Assembly: GCA_015228925.1 (NCBI GenBank)
Contig: JADGCQ010000001.1
Location: 50,669-114,668, forward strand
Origin: Magnetococcales bacterium
GTDB lineage: Bacteria; Pseudomonadota; Magnetococcia; Magnetococcales; UBA8363
DNA: 64,000 bases
Reading direction: 5' to 3'
Below are positions 1 to 9,800 of this stretch, in pieces; the first letter of the stretch is position 1, and every line of letters begins with the position of its first letter. A program made the position numbers and the translations under genes. Under the pieces are notes generated by a model. The model searched no databases and was not told the origin of the DNA. It was given only the letters and a program-made list of their open reading frames with translations.

Positions 1-540
1 GTCATATTCATCGGTTAAAACGTGATCTACAAATGCCGTATCCCATTGGGGAACCGGGACCGGGAATCTGTTCCTGACTTTTAGCGTTCCATCAGGCTTG
101 GATTCGACCATCCCACCAGCCGCACTGGCTATTGTTCTGATTATATCAATCGGTGATGCGTTATCTACAGCCAATTGCCCACCAGTAATCATCCAATCAA
201 CCAATTGCCATTCGATATATTCACCTATCACCGATTCTGCTGCCAGTCTTGACCAGACTGGTTCATTCCACACTTTACTGATGAGTTTTGCCCTTGGGGA
301 TGAAAATCTTGCCGTAGGGCTTGCAACAGAAACGGTCATGCTCGGATTGTTTACACCGTCCCTGTTCAGGCTTTTATTGTCAACGATAAGTTTAAAAAGT
401 TCACCACCTAATTCAAGATCAATCTTATCGCCGATTTTGATTCTATGGAAAGAAAGTGGATTTGTTAATTCAATACTTCCGGTCCATAAGAAATCGCCTT
501 CGGATTGTGACAAATTGACGCTTATAATAGAGTTGATCAT
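1..540 (-). CDS. Partial CDS (C-terminus beyond left edge); distal tail / baseplate-associated hypothetical protein
   Basis: Absent from the ORF track because it runs off the window. A minus-strand ATG at 540-538 overlaps the stop of the upstream gene (ATGA at 537-540). The frame stays open for 180 codons to nt 1 (MINSIISVNLSQSEGDFLWTGSIELTNPL...). Confidence 0.5.
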   Translation of the reverse strand, partial: MINSIISVNLSQSEGDFLWTGSIELTNPLSFHRIKIGDKIDLELGGELFKLIVDNKSLNRDGVNNPSMTVSVASPTARFSSPRAKLISKVWNEPVWSRLAAESVIGEYIEWQLVDWMITGGQLAVDNASPIDIIRTIASAAGGMVESKPDGTLKVRNRFPVPVPQWDTAFVDHVLTDEYD

Positions 541-1145
541 ATCAAAGTTCCAAGATGAAACGCTCTAACGACTGATCCCGCTTTTATTACAGCCCTATCG
601 CTATTCAAATTATAGATTTGTTTGAAAGATGCCGTTACATGGTTCCTTTCGGCCAGATCATATTTGAATGTGGCTTGCGCTAAAAACGGCGTTATGAATG
701 ACCAAGAAAAATCGCAACTGGTTTTTATTTCCGACTGTAAATTCCAAGGGAAGGAACACGATGCCGAAAAAATAGCTGAATATGGTTGGGAATGCGATAC
801 ACTGAAAGGTCCGTTTGAGTATTCTGATTTAAACTCTTTTAGTATCCAACGAGATTCATACGGTTGATTATTTTTTGATCTAACGATAACGCAATCTCCC
901 AACGATTGCGAAAAGCCTTTAGAAACAATTTTTATCCCGTAAAATTGATCATTGGATGCAGAAAATGAACCGTTAGTGTAAGGTTGTACGCTTACAGATT
1001 CAACAAGCGACGTGTAAGATTGTTTATGATTTGAAATGAAAAATCCATTACCATAACTGAAAACGCAGCCAACTTTAATTACTTTGCTTCCAGACTGCAA
1101 ACTGGAAATCGGCAAAGCAGATATTGGAGATGCGGCTATGGACAT
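537..1145 (-). CDS. Hypothetical tail-module protein (202 aa)
   Basis: ORF in a tightly packed same-strand late operon, 4 nt from the upstream gene and overlapping the downstream one. No motif recognised. Confidence 0.4.
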   Translation of the reverse strand: MSIAASPISALPISSLQSGSKVIKVGCVFSYGNGFFISNHKQSYTSLVESVSVQPYTNGSFSASNDQFYGIKIVSKGFSQSLGDCVIVRSKNNQPYESRWILKEFKSEYSNGPFSVSHSQPYSAIFSASCSFPWNLQSEIKTSCDFSWSFITPFLAQATFKYDLAERNHVTASFKQIYNLNSDRAVIKAGSVVRAFHLGTLI

Positions 1146-1149
1146 TGGA

Positions 1150-2151
1150 TCATTCCATCAGTCGAACGGATAAATTGGCACCCGGTTGTGGCGATCCGAC
1201 TTGGGTAACGTCCAGGGTCAAATAATCACGGTGAGTCAGCGGCAGATTGATGGCGACCGAATCGGCATTGAGAATTTCTTCAGACGGCTCTGGTATGACA
1301 TCCCAATTTGTCCAATCCGTCCTAATTTCCCCCATCCACTGCATCCATCTCCCTGCCGTTCCACCGCCGGACGTGCGGACCACCTGCCCAACGAACGGAG
1401 TTGGTGTGGCGGTGATCGTGTAATTATTCGGAGTGCCAGACACAATATATACGCCCGTTTGATCACCAGTTCCGAGAAGTCCATCTATAAAAACGCGCAT
1501 CCCAACAAAAACAGTCACATTGTCAAAAAAATTATTATCATTAATATCTGCAAGTGCTTCTGCAAGGCTGTTTTTCCACGCATACGCATGAGCATCCGGC
1601 AAAGCAACTTCGACACGATTCAAACCAGCGGCCAAAGACCCTGTGATTGCAGGGATGCCGTTTTTCCTGAGAGTAAATTCGATGTCATTCCCAGACGATG
1701 CAACACCAACCCACACCGACATTTTTGTGAGTGTCACGTCACTCGGTGGATACCATCTATTTTGCCCTGTTTGGACTTTAAGCGTTCCCACAGTTTGGAT
1801 TGTTTTTGACAGTTTTGGTTTCTTGGCGAGAAGGTAAGTCTCCTCGATTTGATTGGCTGCATGAACACAGGAAATCGTCACGACCGATGCGGCTGCCCAC
1901 GGTACAGCGGTATTCGCAGAGGAAGAAGATAGGATCGTTGTTCTGCTGATGGTGATGTCAGCCCCAACCACCACCACTGTTCCAATCCCGACTTCCCACA
2001 GGCTGTCAAGTTGTGCGCAATAGGTGAACTGCTCCCCGGCGTTGAAAATGGAAAACACACCTCGGAAACTTGGAATTTCCACGCCGAGGACATAGCTTGC
2101 TGTCCCGGTCACGGTCGCTCTTTGACTTATCCTGTCGGCGTATCGGATCAT
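1150..2151 (-). CDS. Putative tail fibre / host-recognition protein (333 aa)
   Basis: Distal position in the tail module. Gly/Thr/Ser/Val-rich beta-type composition. ATGA overlap with the upstream 65-aa ORF. Confidence 0.4.
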   Translation of the reverse strand: MIRYADRISQRATVTGTASYVLGVEIPSFRGVFSIFNAGEQFTYCAQLDSLWEVGIGTVVVVGADITISRTTILSSSSANTAVPWAAASVVTISCVHAANQIEETYLLAKKPKLSKTIQTVGTLKVQTGQNRWYPPSDVTLTKMSVWVGVASSGNDIEFTLRKNGIPAITGSLAAGLNRVEVALPDAHAYAWKNSLAEALADINDNNFFDNVTVFVGMRVFIDGLLGTGDQTGVYIVSGTPNNYTITATPTPFVGQVVRTSGGGTAGRWMQWMGEIRTDWTNWDVIPEPSEEILNADSVAINLPLTHRDYLTLDVTQVGSPQPGANLSVRLME

Positions 2152-2345
2152 GAATCACTCCAGAATTGATAAGAGTCTGCTGCAACCGTTGGCGCATTTT
2201 CGTCGGAGGAAATGTCGGCGAAGAATCCCACCTTTATTGTGACGTTCACGCCGAACGAGAATTGCGGGAAGCCGATTGTATCCCCATAGAGTATCGGAAC
2301 GCCATATTCGGACGGGAGGACCATGACCTCATGAGCGATAGTCAT
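2148..2345 (-). CDS. Small hypothetical tail-module protein (65 aa)
   Basis: Fills the gap between two tail ORFs. 4-nt overlap at 2148-2151 and a 3-nt gap to 2349. Confidence 0.3.
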   Translation of the reverse strand: MTIAHEVMVLPSEYGVPILYGDTIGFPQFSFGVNVTIKVGFFADISSDENAPTVAADSYQFWSDS

Positions 2346-2348
2346 GGT

Positions 2349-3281
2349 TTATCCCTTCCGTACCGCAAACATCTTTGTTGAACCGGCGGCTTGAATGCAG
2401 ATGAAATCAAGGCCATTTTTCACAATGACATCAAGATTCGTTGCGATGTTTTGCGGCAAAGCAAAGATCCCGCATGTCGAAGATATTTCGCCATAAGGGG
2501 CGGGCATGTTGGTCGTATTCATCCAGGCAATCGGGAAGAACGGAATGACTGAACCGCCAGAACCATCGGGAACTTTCTGGTCAATCGACGCAAACGTGGA
2601 CATCATGGTGTGGACCGCGCCTTGAGTCCCGGCGTGGGCTGTCATGAGGGTTTGCGTTGTGAGAAGCGTTGTTCCAGCCTTTGTCAAGATTCGTGGGGGA
2701 TAGGTGCCACCGCCATTTGTCGCCATATCGCCCAGGTTGGTGTATGCAAATGGGGGCCACCCGGCAATCGGGGTATCCCATGGGCAAACCCTTGTCCTCT
2801 CCACACATCCGCTTGCACCGGAGTTTGTCGAACTTCCCCATGTCGCGGAGACGTTTGAAAACATCAAGACAAACCGAGCCGTTGCAAAAATGTGAACGGT
2901 GCCTGTCACGGACGTTGAAAATTGTTGTGCGCCGGACGTTGTGGCTGAGTTGTTGCAAAGGTTTGTCCCTGTGTTGGTGGTCTCATCCCATGCCTCATAA
3001 ACTTTTTGCAGGACAAACCCGGCAGTATTTAGGTCCAGGACAACATACTTGAAGGCGTTTGCGTCATCGGCCAAAGGGGCTTTGATGCACATCGCATTGG
3101 TTCCAGCCGTGGCATCATGCAATACCCACCCGGCAGCGATGGTGGAAAGAATGCTGGTGTTGGGTTTGTCGCAACTGGCAGACAGGTTGGCGACGTTGGT
3201 TTCACCCGTCAAGATTGCCACAAGATCAGCAAGGATGTTCGCGGCGGTTGAACCGGCTGAATAGACGTATTTTGCGTACAT
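2349..3281 (-). CDS. Hypothetical tail fibre-like protein (310 aa)
   Basis: Same-strand late operon. Thr/Ser/Gly/Ala-rich. No catalytic motif recognised. Confidence 0.4.
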   Translation of the reverse strand: MYAKYVYSAGSTAANILADLVAILTGETNVANLSASCDKPNTSILSTIAAGWVLHDATAGTNAMCIKAPLADDANAFKYVVLDLNTAGFVLQKVYEAWDETTNTGTNLCNNSATTSGAQQFSTSVTGTVHIFATARFVLMFSNVSATWGSSTNSGASGCVERTRVCPWDTPIAGWPPFAYTNLGDMATNGGGTYPPRILTKAGTTLLTTQTLMTAHAGTQGAVHTMMSTFASIDQKVPDGSGGSVIPFFPIAWMNTTNMPAPYGEISSTCGIFALPQNIATNLDVIVKNGLDFICIQAAGSTKMFAVRKG

Positions 3282-3298
3282 GACGACTCCATCCTATG

Positions 3299-4123
3299 TT
3301 AAGTTAGTCTAGGAAACTGTAAATTACCGCCTGTCCATTTGCAGTTTGGGTATCCATAAAAACACGAACCACCAACATCTTTAAAAGTATCTAATATTTT
3401 AGCTGTTGCTGGTAGTGTACGAAGATCCCAATGACCCAACACGAATATTTTCGTATAAAGTGTGAATACAATTGGAGTGTTTAATGTAATGTTTGTGTTT
3501 TCAAACGGACGTGGACCACTTGGAAATTCTATCGAACTAGAATAAGGCCCGGCTGGCCATGTGTTCCATTGATCGAAATATTGGTAGGAGCATGACAGAT
3601 AATATTTAGTTGGTGTTTGCGGCGGTCCCCATTGTGTTTGTCCTTCGCCAGAACTTATATCCGTAATTATTGGACGATAAAGCCCTAATGCGGTAAAAGA
3701 TCCATAACTTAGAAGTATCTTTCTTCCATTAGGCGCAACTTTATGGACCGTGTAGAATGGCTTATAAGAAATTCCCGGCGGGACTATCTTATTAACTATT
3801 CTACGCAAATAATCTTCCGTTGAGAGTGTGAAAATAAGCACTAGATTGTAATTAACTGTGTCTTGTCTCACCCAAACGTCTAATTCGTTAGTAAGTCCCC
3901 AACTGCTTCCCCATATTCCTGGTGCTGGTTCACCATTCCATGGATCATCTTGTAACCCAGACGCTCCAGCATAACGGAAAAACCTCCACGACCATCCTGC
4001 CCACCAATCAAATTCACCGTTCAATACAACTTTATCTTGAGGGAGAGAAATTTTCTTAATCGACTGAAACGGACCGAGATTAATTTTCAACCCTTTTTTG
4101 ATAGTCAAAATAATACTCCACAA
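3299..4123 (-). CDS. Hypothetical tail-module protein (274 aa), Trp/Tyr/Pro-rich
   Basis: ORF abuts 4124..5401 with no gap. Lower GC than its neighbours by eye. Confidence 0.4.
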   Translation of the reverse strand: MWSIILTIKKGLKINLGPFQSIKKISLPQDKVVLNGEFDWWAGWSWRFFRYAGASGLQDDPWNGEPAPGIWGSSWGLTNELDVWVRQDTVNYNLVLIFTLSTEDYLRRIVNKIVPPGISYKPFYTVHKVAPNGRKILLSYGSFTALGLYRPIITDISSGEGQTQWGPPQTPTKYYLSCSYQYFDQWNTWPAGPYSSSIEFPSGPRPFENTNITLNTPIVFTLYTKIFVLGHWDLRTLPATAKILDTFKDVGGSCFYGYPNCKWTGGNLQFPRLT

Positions 4124-5401
4124 TCAAGGAAGGCTAGCAGTGCCAGAGCCAGGGCTTGCAGGACTCTTTGAAAACTCATCAACATCGTTTAACATCTTTA
4201 ATGAGAATTTTCTTCCAGTTTCTTCGTCGTAACCTGTGACCTTTATGGTCTTTACAATGTCAATAAAAATCTCTGGATCATCTTCGTCAAGCTGATACCT
4301 TTTAGTTACAGTCTCCCGTGTTCCTGCCAATTCTAAATACTCATCAACATTGCTGGTATCTGCTTTCTTTTCATCCGAAAGGCCGCTTTTTTCTGCTTTT
4401 GGGTAACATGTAGGAAAGAACTTCCTCTCAAAAGTTGCAGTTTGCGCTGATTTGTCAGACATTACAAAGATCCGAACCGGAGCAAGCTTTCCACTTGAAA
4501 TATCATTTAACCACCATTGATTGCCTGAGAACAACCAATCGGATTCTGTAATTAAATCCTTCCCAATGTCGTAGGAAATTGCGTACTCTTCAAATTCAGG
4601 CTCATAGGATACAATGATTGCACCAATGGCATCCACCGTTGTTGACCATTCCCCTCTTGCTCTGTCATATACCGGACCTGGGATTTCTTTACCAGATAAA
4701 TCACGAAAGACGGTTGTATGGCGCAATACACATACTGGTTGATCGTAAAAATATTTCAGAGACTTAAATTTTGACCCTTCACCTTCCCATGAAAGCGTTT
4801 CAAAGATCGGAATTGATTTCCTTTGTATTCTTTGCGCGGTGTTGCACTTTACATTAACCGTTCCATAAACAGGTACTGGTTGAACAAAGTCATACCATGG
4901 CGCAAAATCCGGCTTATAGCTCACACTTTGTCCATCCCACCCCACCACCCTCGTCATGGTGTAGGTTTTCTCGCCGTTGTCCACAATTATTTCTAGACTT
5001 TTAGCGGTATCTTTTGAACAATATATCCGTACAATCTTTTCACCCATGGACATCATGAACACATTACCAGGGCTTCTCCAGGCGGTTGCGAATGTAGCCT
5101 CGTCAGCAAACGCTCTTCTAATTCCTTCTATCGCGTTGTTAATTCGACGTGTATTTTCTTCCTTAGAAAAGTAATTATCGTATGTGTACGAATAAGTTAC
5201 AGTGTTGTCTTTCATCTTTGGAGCGTTGAGCGATAGGCCACCCACAATATTCCCATTGACGGTAAAGACTTTATTGTTACTGTATTTTAAGAGGATTGGA
5301 CTTCCTGAATTGTCATCTCCCGTAACAATCTCCAAAGGGAACGTCTTTGAAAAAGAATTAAACGCTACTTGGAGATCGGCAGAAATGTCAGTCATGATCA
5401 T
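4124..5401 (-). CDS. Hypothetical tail-tip / baseplate protein (425 aa)
   Basis: Same-strand operon with a 4-nt overlap with the upstream ORF (5398-5401). Lies in the block after the tape measure. Confidence 0.45.
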   Translation of the reverse strand: MIMTDISADLQVAFNSFSKTFPLEIVTGDDNSGSPILLKYSNNKVFTVNGNIVGGLSLNAPKMKDNTVTYSYTYDNYFSKEENTRRINNAIEGIRRAFADEATFATAWRSPGNVFMMSMGEKIVRIYCSKDTAKSLEIIVDNGEKTYTMTRVVGWDGQSVSYKPDFAPWYDFVQPVPVYGTVNVKCNTAQRIQRKSIPIFETLSWEGEGSKFKSLKYFYDQPVCVLRHTTVFRDLSGKEIPGPVYDRARGEWSTTVDAIGAIIVSYEPEFEEYAISYDIGKDLITESDWLFSGNQWWLNDISSGKLAPVRIFVMSDKSAQTATFERKFFPTCYPKAEKSGLSDEKKADTSNVDEYLELAGTRETVTKRYQLDEDDPEIFIDIVKTIKVTGYDEETGRKFSLKMLNDVDEFSKSPASPGSGTASLP

Positions 5402-6438
5402 TCACTCTCGCCCCAAACACCGATGGATACAAAGTTTCCAGAAAGCGATGGTGAATTCGCAGAAATTGTTCTGCACTCCCAAATCGGAATCGCAGCAGGG
5501 TGTGTTTTGAATGTCAGAACATCGCCAATCGCCCACGTTCCAGCCCATTTTGTAAGTGGCAGCGTGAAATATGGCCGGGAAAACTCGGTGTTTTGCGGAG
5601 CAAAATTTGCCGTAGTTGAGCCGGAACCGACAAGGCCAAGCGTGTTCCCGCTGCATGAGAATGCCGTTGCGCTGGTGAATGTGATCGTCCAGGTTTGTTC
5701 GATCCCGGCGATGAAATCAGCCAGCCTTTCGGTAAGGAGTTCCGGCGGTACTGCACCTGACCCATTCCACCCGGAAAATGTACCTGTACTGGATGATATG
5801 GCCCATGTGTCGGTCATTGCCCACAAATTCCCGGCTTCGTACACGGTCGAAACAAAAGTGTCCGATGAAGCATAAGAATTCAGCAGCATTGCGCCGACTT
5901 CAAATGTCAGCGTTGCAACATCACCACTCCATGTCACACCAGACACATCATTTTTAATCCGAATGAATTCTTCCAATCCATCACTTTCAACCGTGGGCTT
6001 ATTTGAGATGCGCACAAGATTGCCAGGGATGAAAATATTGTCCGCAGCATTTTCAACCGTGACTTGTATTGAGTTCGCACCAGCAGTCGCGGAAGCCAAC
6101 AAAGCACCGCTTCCATGATTCACATGGCTACCAGAAATATCAGCCTGGGTGTCCACCTGAGTTCCAGCAAAGAAAAATACCCTGTCGGCAGCAGCAGTCG
6201 GTTGATGGACGAAAATTCTCATATCGATACCAGTCAGATTGTCGCTGTTGGCATTTTTGATAAACACTTTTCGCCATTTGATTGAGCCGTCCTTGCGTTC
6301 CCGGCCTGGCACATCGGCCCAAAGATTATTCTTCTGCCCTGATACGCTCTCATTGTTCGACATGCGACCGCCGTTACTTGCCCCATCGCTGACGATTTCA
6401 GAACGGAAGAATTTAATGTCCGTAGATTCGATTGACAT
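5398..6438 (-). CDS. Hypothetical distal tail protein (346 aa)
   Basis: Second gene after the tape measure. Tightly packed. No motif recognised. Confidence 0.45.
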   Translation of the reverse strand: MSIESTDIKFFRSEIVSDGASNGGRMSNNESVSGQKNNLWADVPGRERKDGSIKWRKVFIKNANSDNLTGIDMRIFVHQPTAAADRVFFFAGTQVDTQADISGSHVNHGSGALLASATAGANSIQVTVENAADNIFIPGNLVRISNKPTVESDGLEEFIRIKNDVSGVTWSGDVATLTFEVGAMLLNSYASSDTFVSTVYEAGNLWAMTDTWAISSSTGTFSGWNGSGAVPPELLTERLADFIAGIEQTWTITFTSATAFSCSGNTLGLVGSGSTTANFAPQNTEFSRPYFTLPLTKWAGTWAIGDVLTFKTHPAAIPIWECRTISANSPSLSGNFVSIGVWGESE

Positions 6439-6440
6439 TT

Positions 6441-6806
6441 TTACACCTGTACCAGTTTGATGGAGCCGTTATAGATGTTTGCGTGTGGGAAAAGTCTGGT
6501 GAAGTTGATTGCAGGGGAATCCTGGTGCCGGAACTGGACGAGGAATTCATCATCGTCAAACGTCAGGTTGTAGGTTCCCCCAGGGACGGACGCCATTGAA
6601 ACGAGTGCATCAACCATCTCCTTGGTGAGCCATGCCACATCGTCATTTGCTTCCAGATCGATGGGTCGGCCACCGTCCAAAAGAGCATTCCAGATCACAT
6701 TTTGCCCACCGAGAGTTCGTGCTGATTCCTGGATCACCGGCGACCAGGAATCCCGGTTCACCCATTCCATCGATCCTGGCAATTCCAAGTCACCGATTTT
6801 AACCAC
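6441..6806 (-). CDS. Hypothetical distal tail protein (121 aa)
   Basis: Immediately follows the tape measure and overlaps its 3' end by 8 nt. This is the typical location of a distal-tail / minor tail protein. Confidence 0.45.
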   Translation of the reverse strand: MVKIGDLELPGSMEWVNRDSWSPVIQESARTLGGQNVIWNALLDGGRPIDLEANDDVAWLTKEMVDALVSMASVPGGTYNLTFDDDEFLVQFRHQDSPAINFTRLFPHANIYNGSIKLVQV

Positions 6807-9800
6807 CGACCAGCCCCTTGTTGAGATTATTTAAAGCCCTCATGAATTTTTTCACTTCGCCCCTACTCCCACCCAACGATGGGGGCTTGCCAGTTTCACC
6901 CGGCGTCACAAGTTCAAGGCGCATGACACCCTCGACTTTCGGTTGAACCGCCCCACCAGTAGCGTATGCCGCCCGTGGGAGCGTTGGAATCCTTATCCGG
7001 TCAATAATTCTTGGAATCTCAAAACTATGGATTCTAGGCTGTGGCTGTACTGCACCGCCATGTGCAAACCGCTGTACCGGAGCCTTCATATTATTCATCG
7101 CATTCATCAAAGGTAGCCCATAATGCTTGACCACTTCTTTCCGAAAAACGAATTCTCCCCTTTGCAGCAGGGCTTCTACATCGTCCTTCTGCCCCCACCC
7201 AGGGAGAAAGCCACCGCGAGCAAAGCCTACTATACCACCTTTCGCCTTTTGTTCAACAGTTTTCTTCATGCGTTTTTCTATAATATCGATGGTGACAGTC
7301 TTGTCTTTTATTTGGGAAAGTCTATCGATAATTCTTTGCAGTAGATCCTCACTTTCCTTACCTTCTATTACAAGATTCACAGGATCATCAGTGTAAGTTT
7401 TCAGATTGTCAAAAAATCCAGTCACCATGTTTGTTAAACCTTCGATGCTCGCCTTCTGGCTTGGAAGGTTCAATTGCGCTTGAACTTCGGAATTCCACCC
7501 TTTTGCGTTTTCTTTAAGGGCTACAAAAGCACCATTTACTTGGTTAATTGTCTCATTGACGCGAGCAATGTTCCCACTAGCAATATCCGCAACAAGCGTA
7601 TCCAGTCTTTTGACCGAATCATCAAATACAGCTTTAACTTTGAGCGTGATGTCTTTTTTGGCGTTGATTTCATCGATGGATTTGCTAATTTCTGTGATTG
7701 CGGTTTTATTTCCAGCAATCTGTTTCTGCTGGATCTCAATCATCTGTTTGGCTAGGCTATCAATCATTTGTTGAGCCGTTTGGAACGTCTGTACTGCTTT
7801 CTCACCCATTCCTTTGGCTTCTTGGGTGGCACTATTATTAACTGCAAGTTCTCTATTTTTTATTTCTTGTTGTAGCTTTCCAGCTTCAATGAGTTGCTCT
7901 TTCGCCCTATTTGCGGCTGCATTTTTTCCAACAAAGACATGATCTCCTACCTTAACTTCATCGGCAGTGCTGTTCACCAACTGTATCAACTTTGCATTAT
8001 ATTCTTCGGCACTTTTTATATCATCACGCCTTAAATCTTCACTGGCCTTATTTTTAAGCTTTTGGATACGCTCTTGTCTCGATGCGTAAATCTCCATCTC
8101 ATCCATCGTTTTTTCTTCGATGGACTGAATCATATCGCCAATAGCATCGGCACTGGATTTCTTTTCCTCGTGAATCTGCTTGTTCCTTTCCATGAGCCGC
8201 TTTTGCTCTGAAATTGAAGCATCAACACTCGCTTTTGCTGCGTCTCTGAGTTTTTCCCAATAACCTTTTTGATTTGCAAGCCTTTCGGCGTTGATCGTAG
8301 CCTCGGATAGTTTCAGATTTTTTGCATTCGCAAGTTTTGTTCTATATTCGTCATCTGAAATTTTCAACATTTCCCTGAGATGACTACGTTCTAACGACAA
8401 CTTGGCCTGTTGCTCCTGGACAAGAAAGGTCGTCCGCATTTTGATAAGGTTGGCCTCGGAATATCTCGATATTGCATTAATTTCAGAATCGGTCAGTTTT
8501 TCAAGTCTGAGCCTTTTCTTGGCAATCTGGACAAATGCACCGTACCTGGAACCGAGTTCTTCTCTTAATCTTTTCGATTCTTCTTGTCTTGCGCTGACTA
8601 TCTCATTTTCTACTGAATTTACAAGTTCTACTGTCCTTTCTGCTTCCGCTATCCTAAAATCGTTATCTTCTTTTGCAAGATGTTTTACATCTTCCGATGC
8701 CCTTTCTGCCGCCATCATTTCTTTGTCATGAAATGCAGAAATTTGTCCAGACATCGTTGCGTATTTATCATCCGCTGCCTTGGCTACCATCTGCCCAAGC
8801 TTAACCTCTTCGTCAGCGTACATTTTCAACTTTTCACGATGCTTGTTTAATTCTTCGTCAAACTTTCCTACCTGAGTAATGGCGGCACCAAGCGCATCAA
8901 CCATATCTTTCTTAACGACACCCGCTTGCGCCTCTGCCGCTACAGAAAAATTCTTAATCCTTTGTTGGAGCGAACCGACTTTTCCATCGGCTATCTCTGT
9001 TGCACGATAGAATTGCACAAGTTCATTTCTTACTGCTGTGAAAGTGTCAAGATCCGTGATTTTTTCCAACGAATCAAGAAGACTATCCATGGGGATACCA
9101 CTCTTCGCCGCGCCCATAGCAAGTCCTTGCAATTTCTTGATAGACTCACTTGAAATACGTGCCAATTCGGCATTTTCATTGTTAAGTTCTTTTATCTTTT
9201 CCTTAACTGAATCAAACCCTACTAAAGATCCAATTCGCCTCCAAGATAACTCTGTGCCTTTGGATTGTTCTATATAATCTTTCAAGTCTTTTTTGTTTTG
9301 TTTTAATTTCTTGCTAACCTCTCCAATACTTGCTCCAGCATTAGCGAGCGCAAGCGCAAATTGATCAACATTCCCCTGTTTTAGCAAGTCAAGATATTCT
9401 TTAAGTGCGGCAGTCGCTTCTTTTGCTGCATCTCTGTTGTTTAATAAAACTCTTCCCTGCTCATCAATTAAAAGATTAGCACCGGGTATGATTAGTGCAA
9501 GTTCCTGTTGTGCAGCAATATATTCTTTACTTCCAGGGCTTGCGGTGGCGAATGTGTCTGCGAGTTTCTGGACCATGGCAAGATGCTTTTCACTAGCTTC
9601 CCGTGATTTATCTAACGCCTCCGATTCTTCTTTGAGACTTGGGAGCAATGATCTGTTCGCATACACCCACGCTGTAACCCCGGCTGCGATTAAAGCAGGA
9701 ATCGCAATATATGGATTGGTTGCTAAAGCAAGGAGACTTGCGCCGGTAGTGAGTGAGGCCGCCCGCACTGCGATAAGCGCACTTTCAAAAGCAAGCCAAA

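Noticed and set aside
98-568. 156-aa plus-strand ORF at the left edge
   Set aside because: It is antisense to a better-supported partial minus-strand CDS (1..540) that is translationally coupled (ATGA) to the upstream tail gene. It also starts with TTG and has no RBS.
1-6806. Diversity-generating retroelement acting on the tail-fibre genes
   Set aside because: No reverse transcriptase-like ORF exists anywhere in the window. I also found no template/variable repeat pair with adenine-specific mismatches near the distal tail genes.
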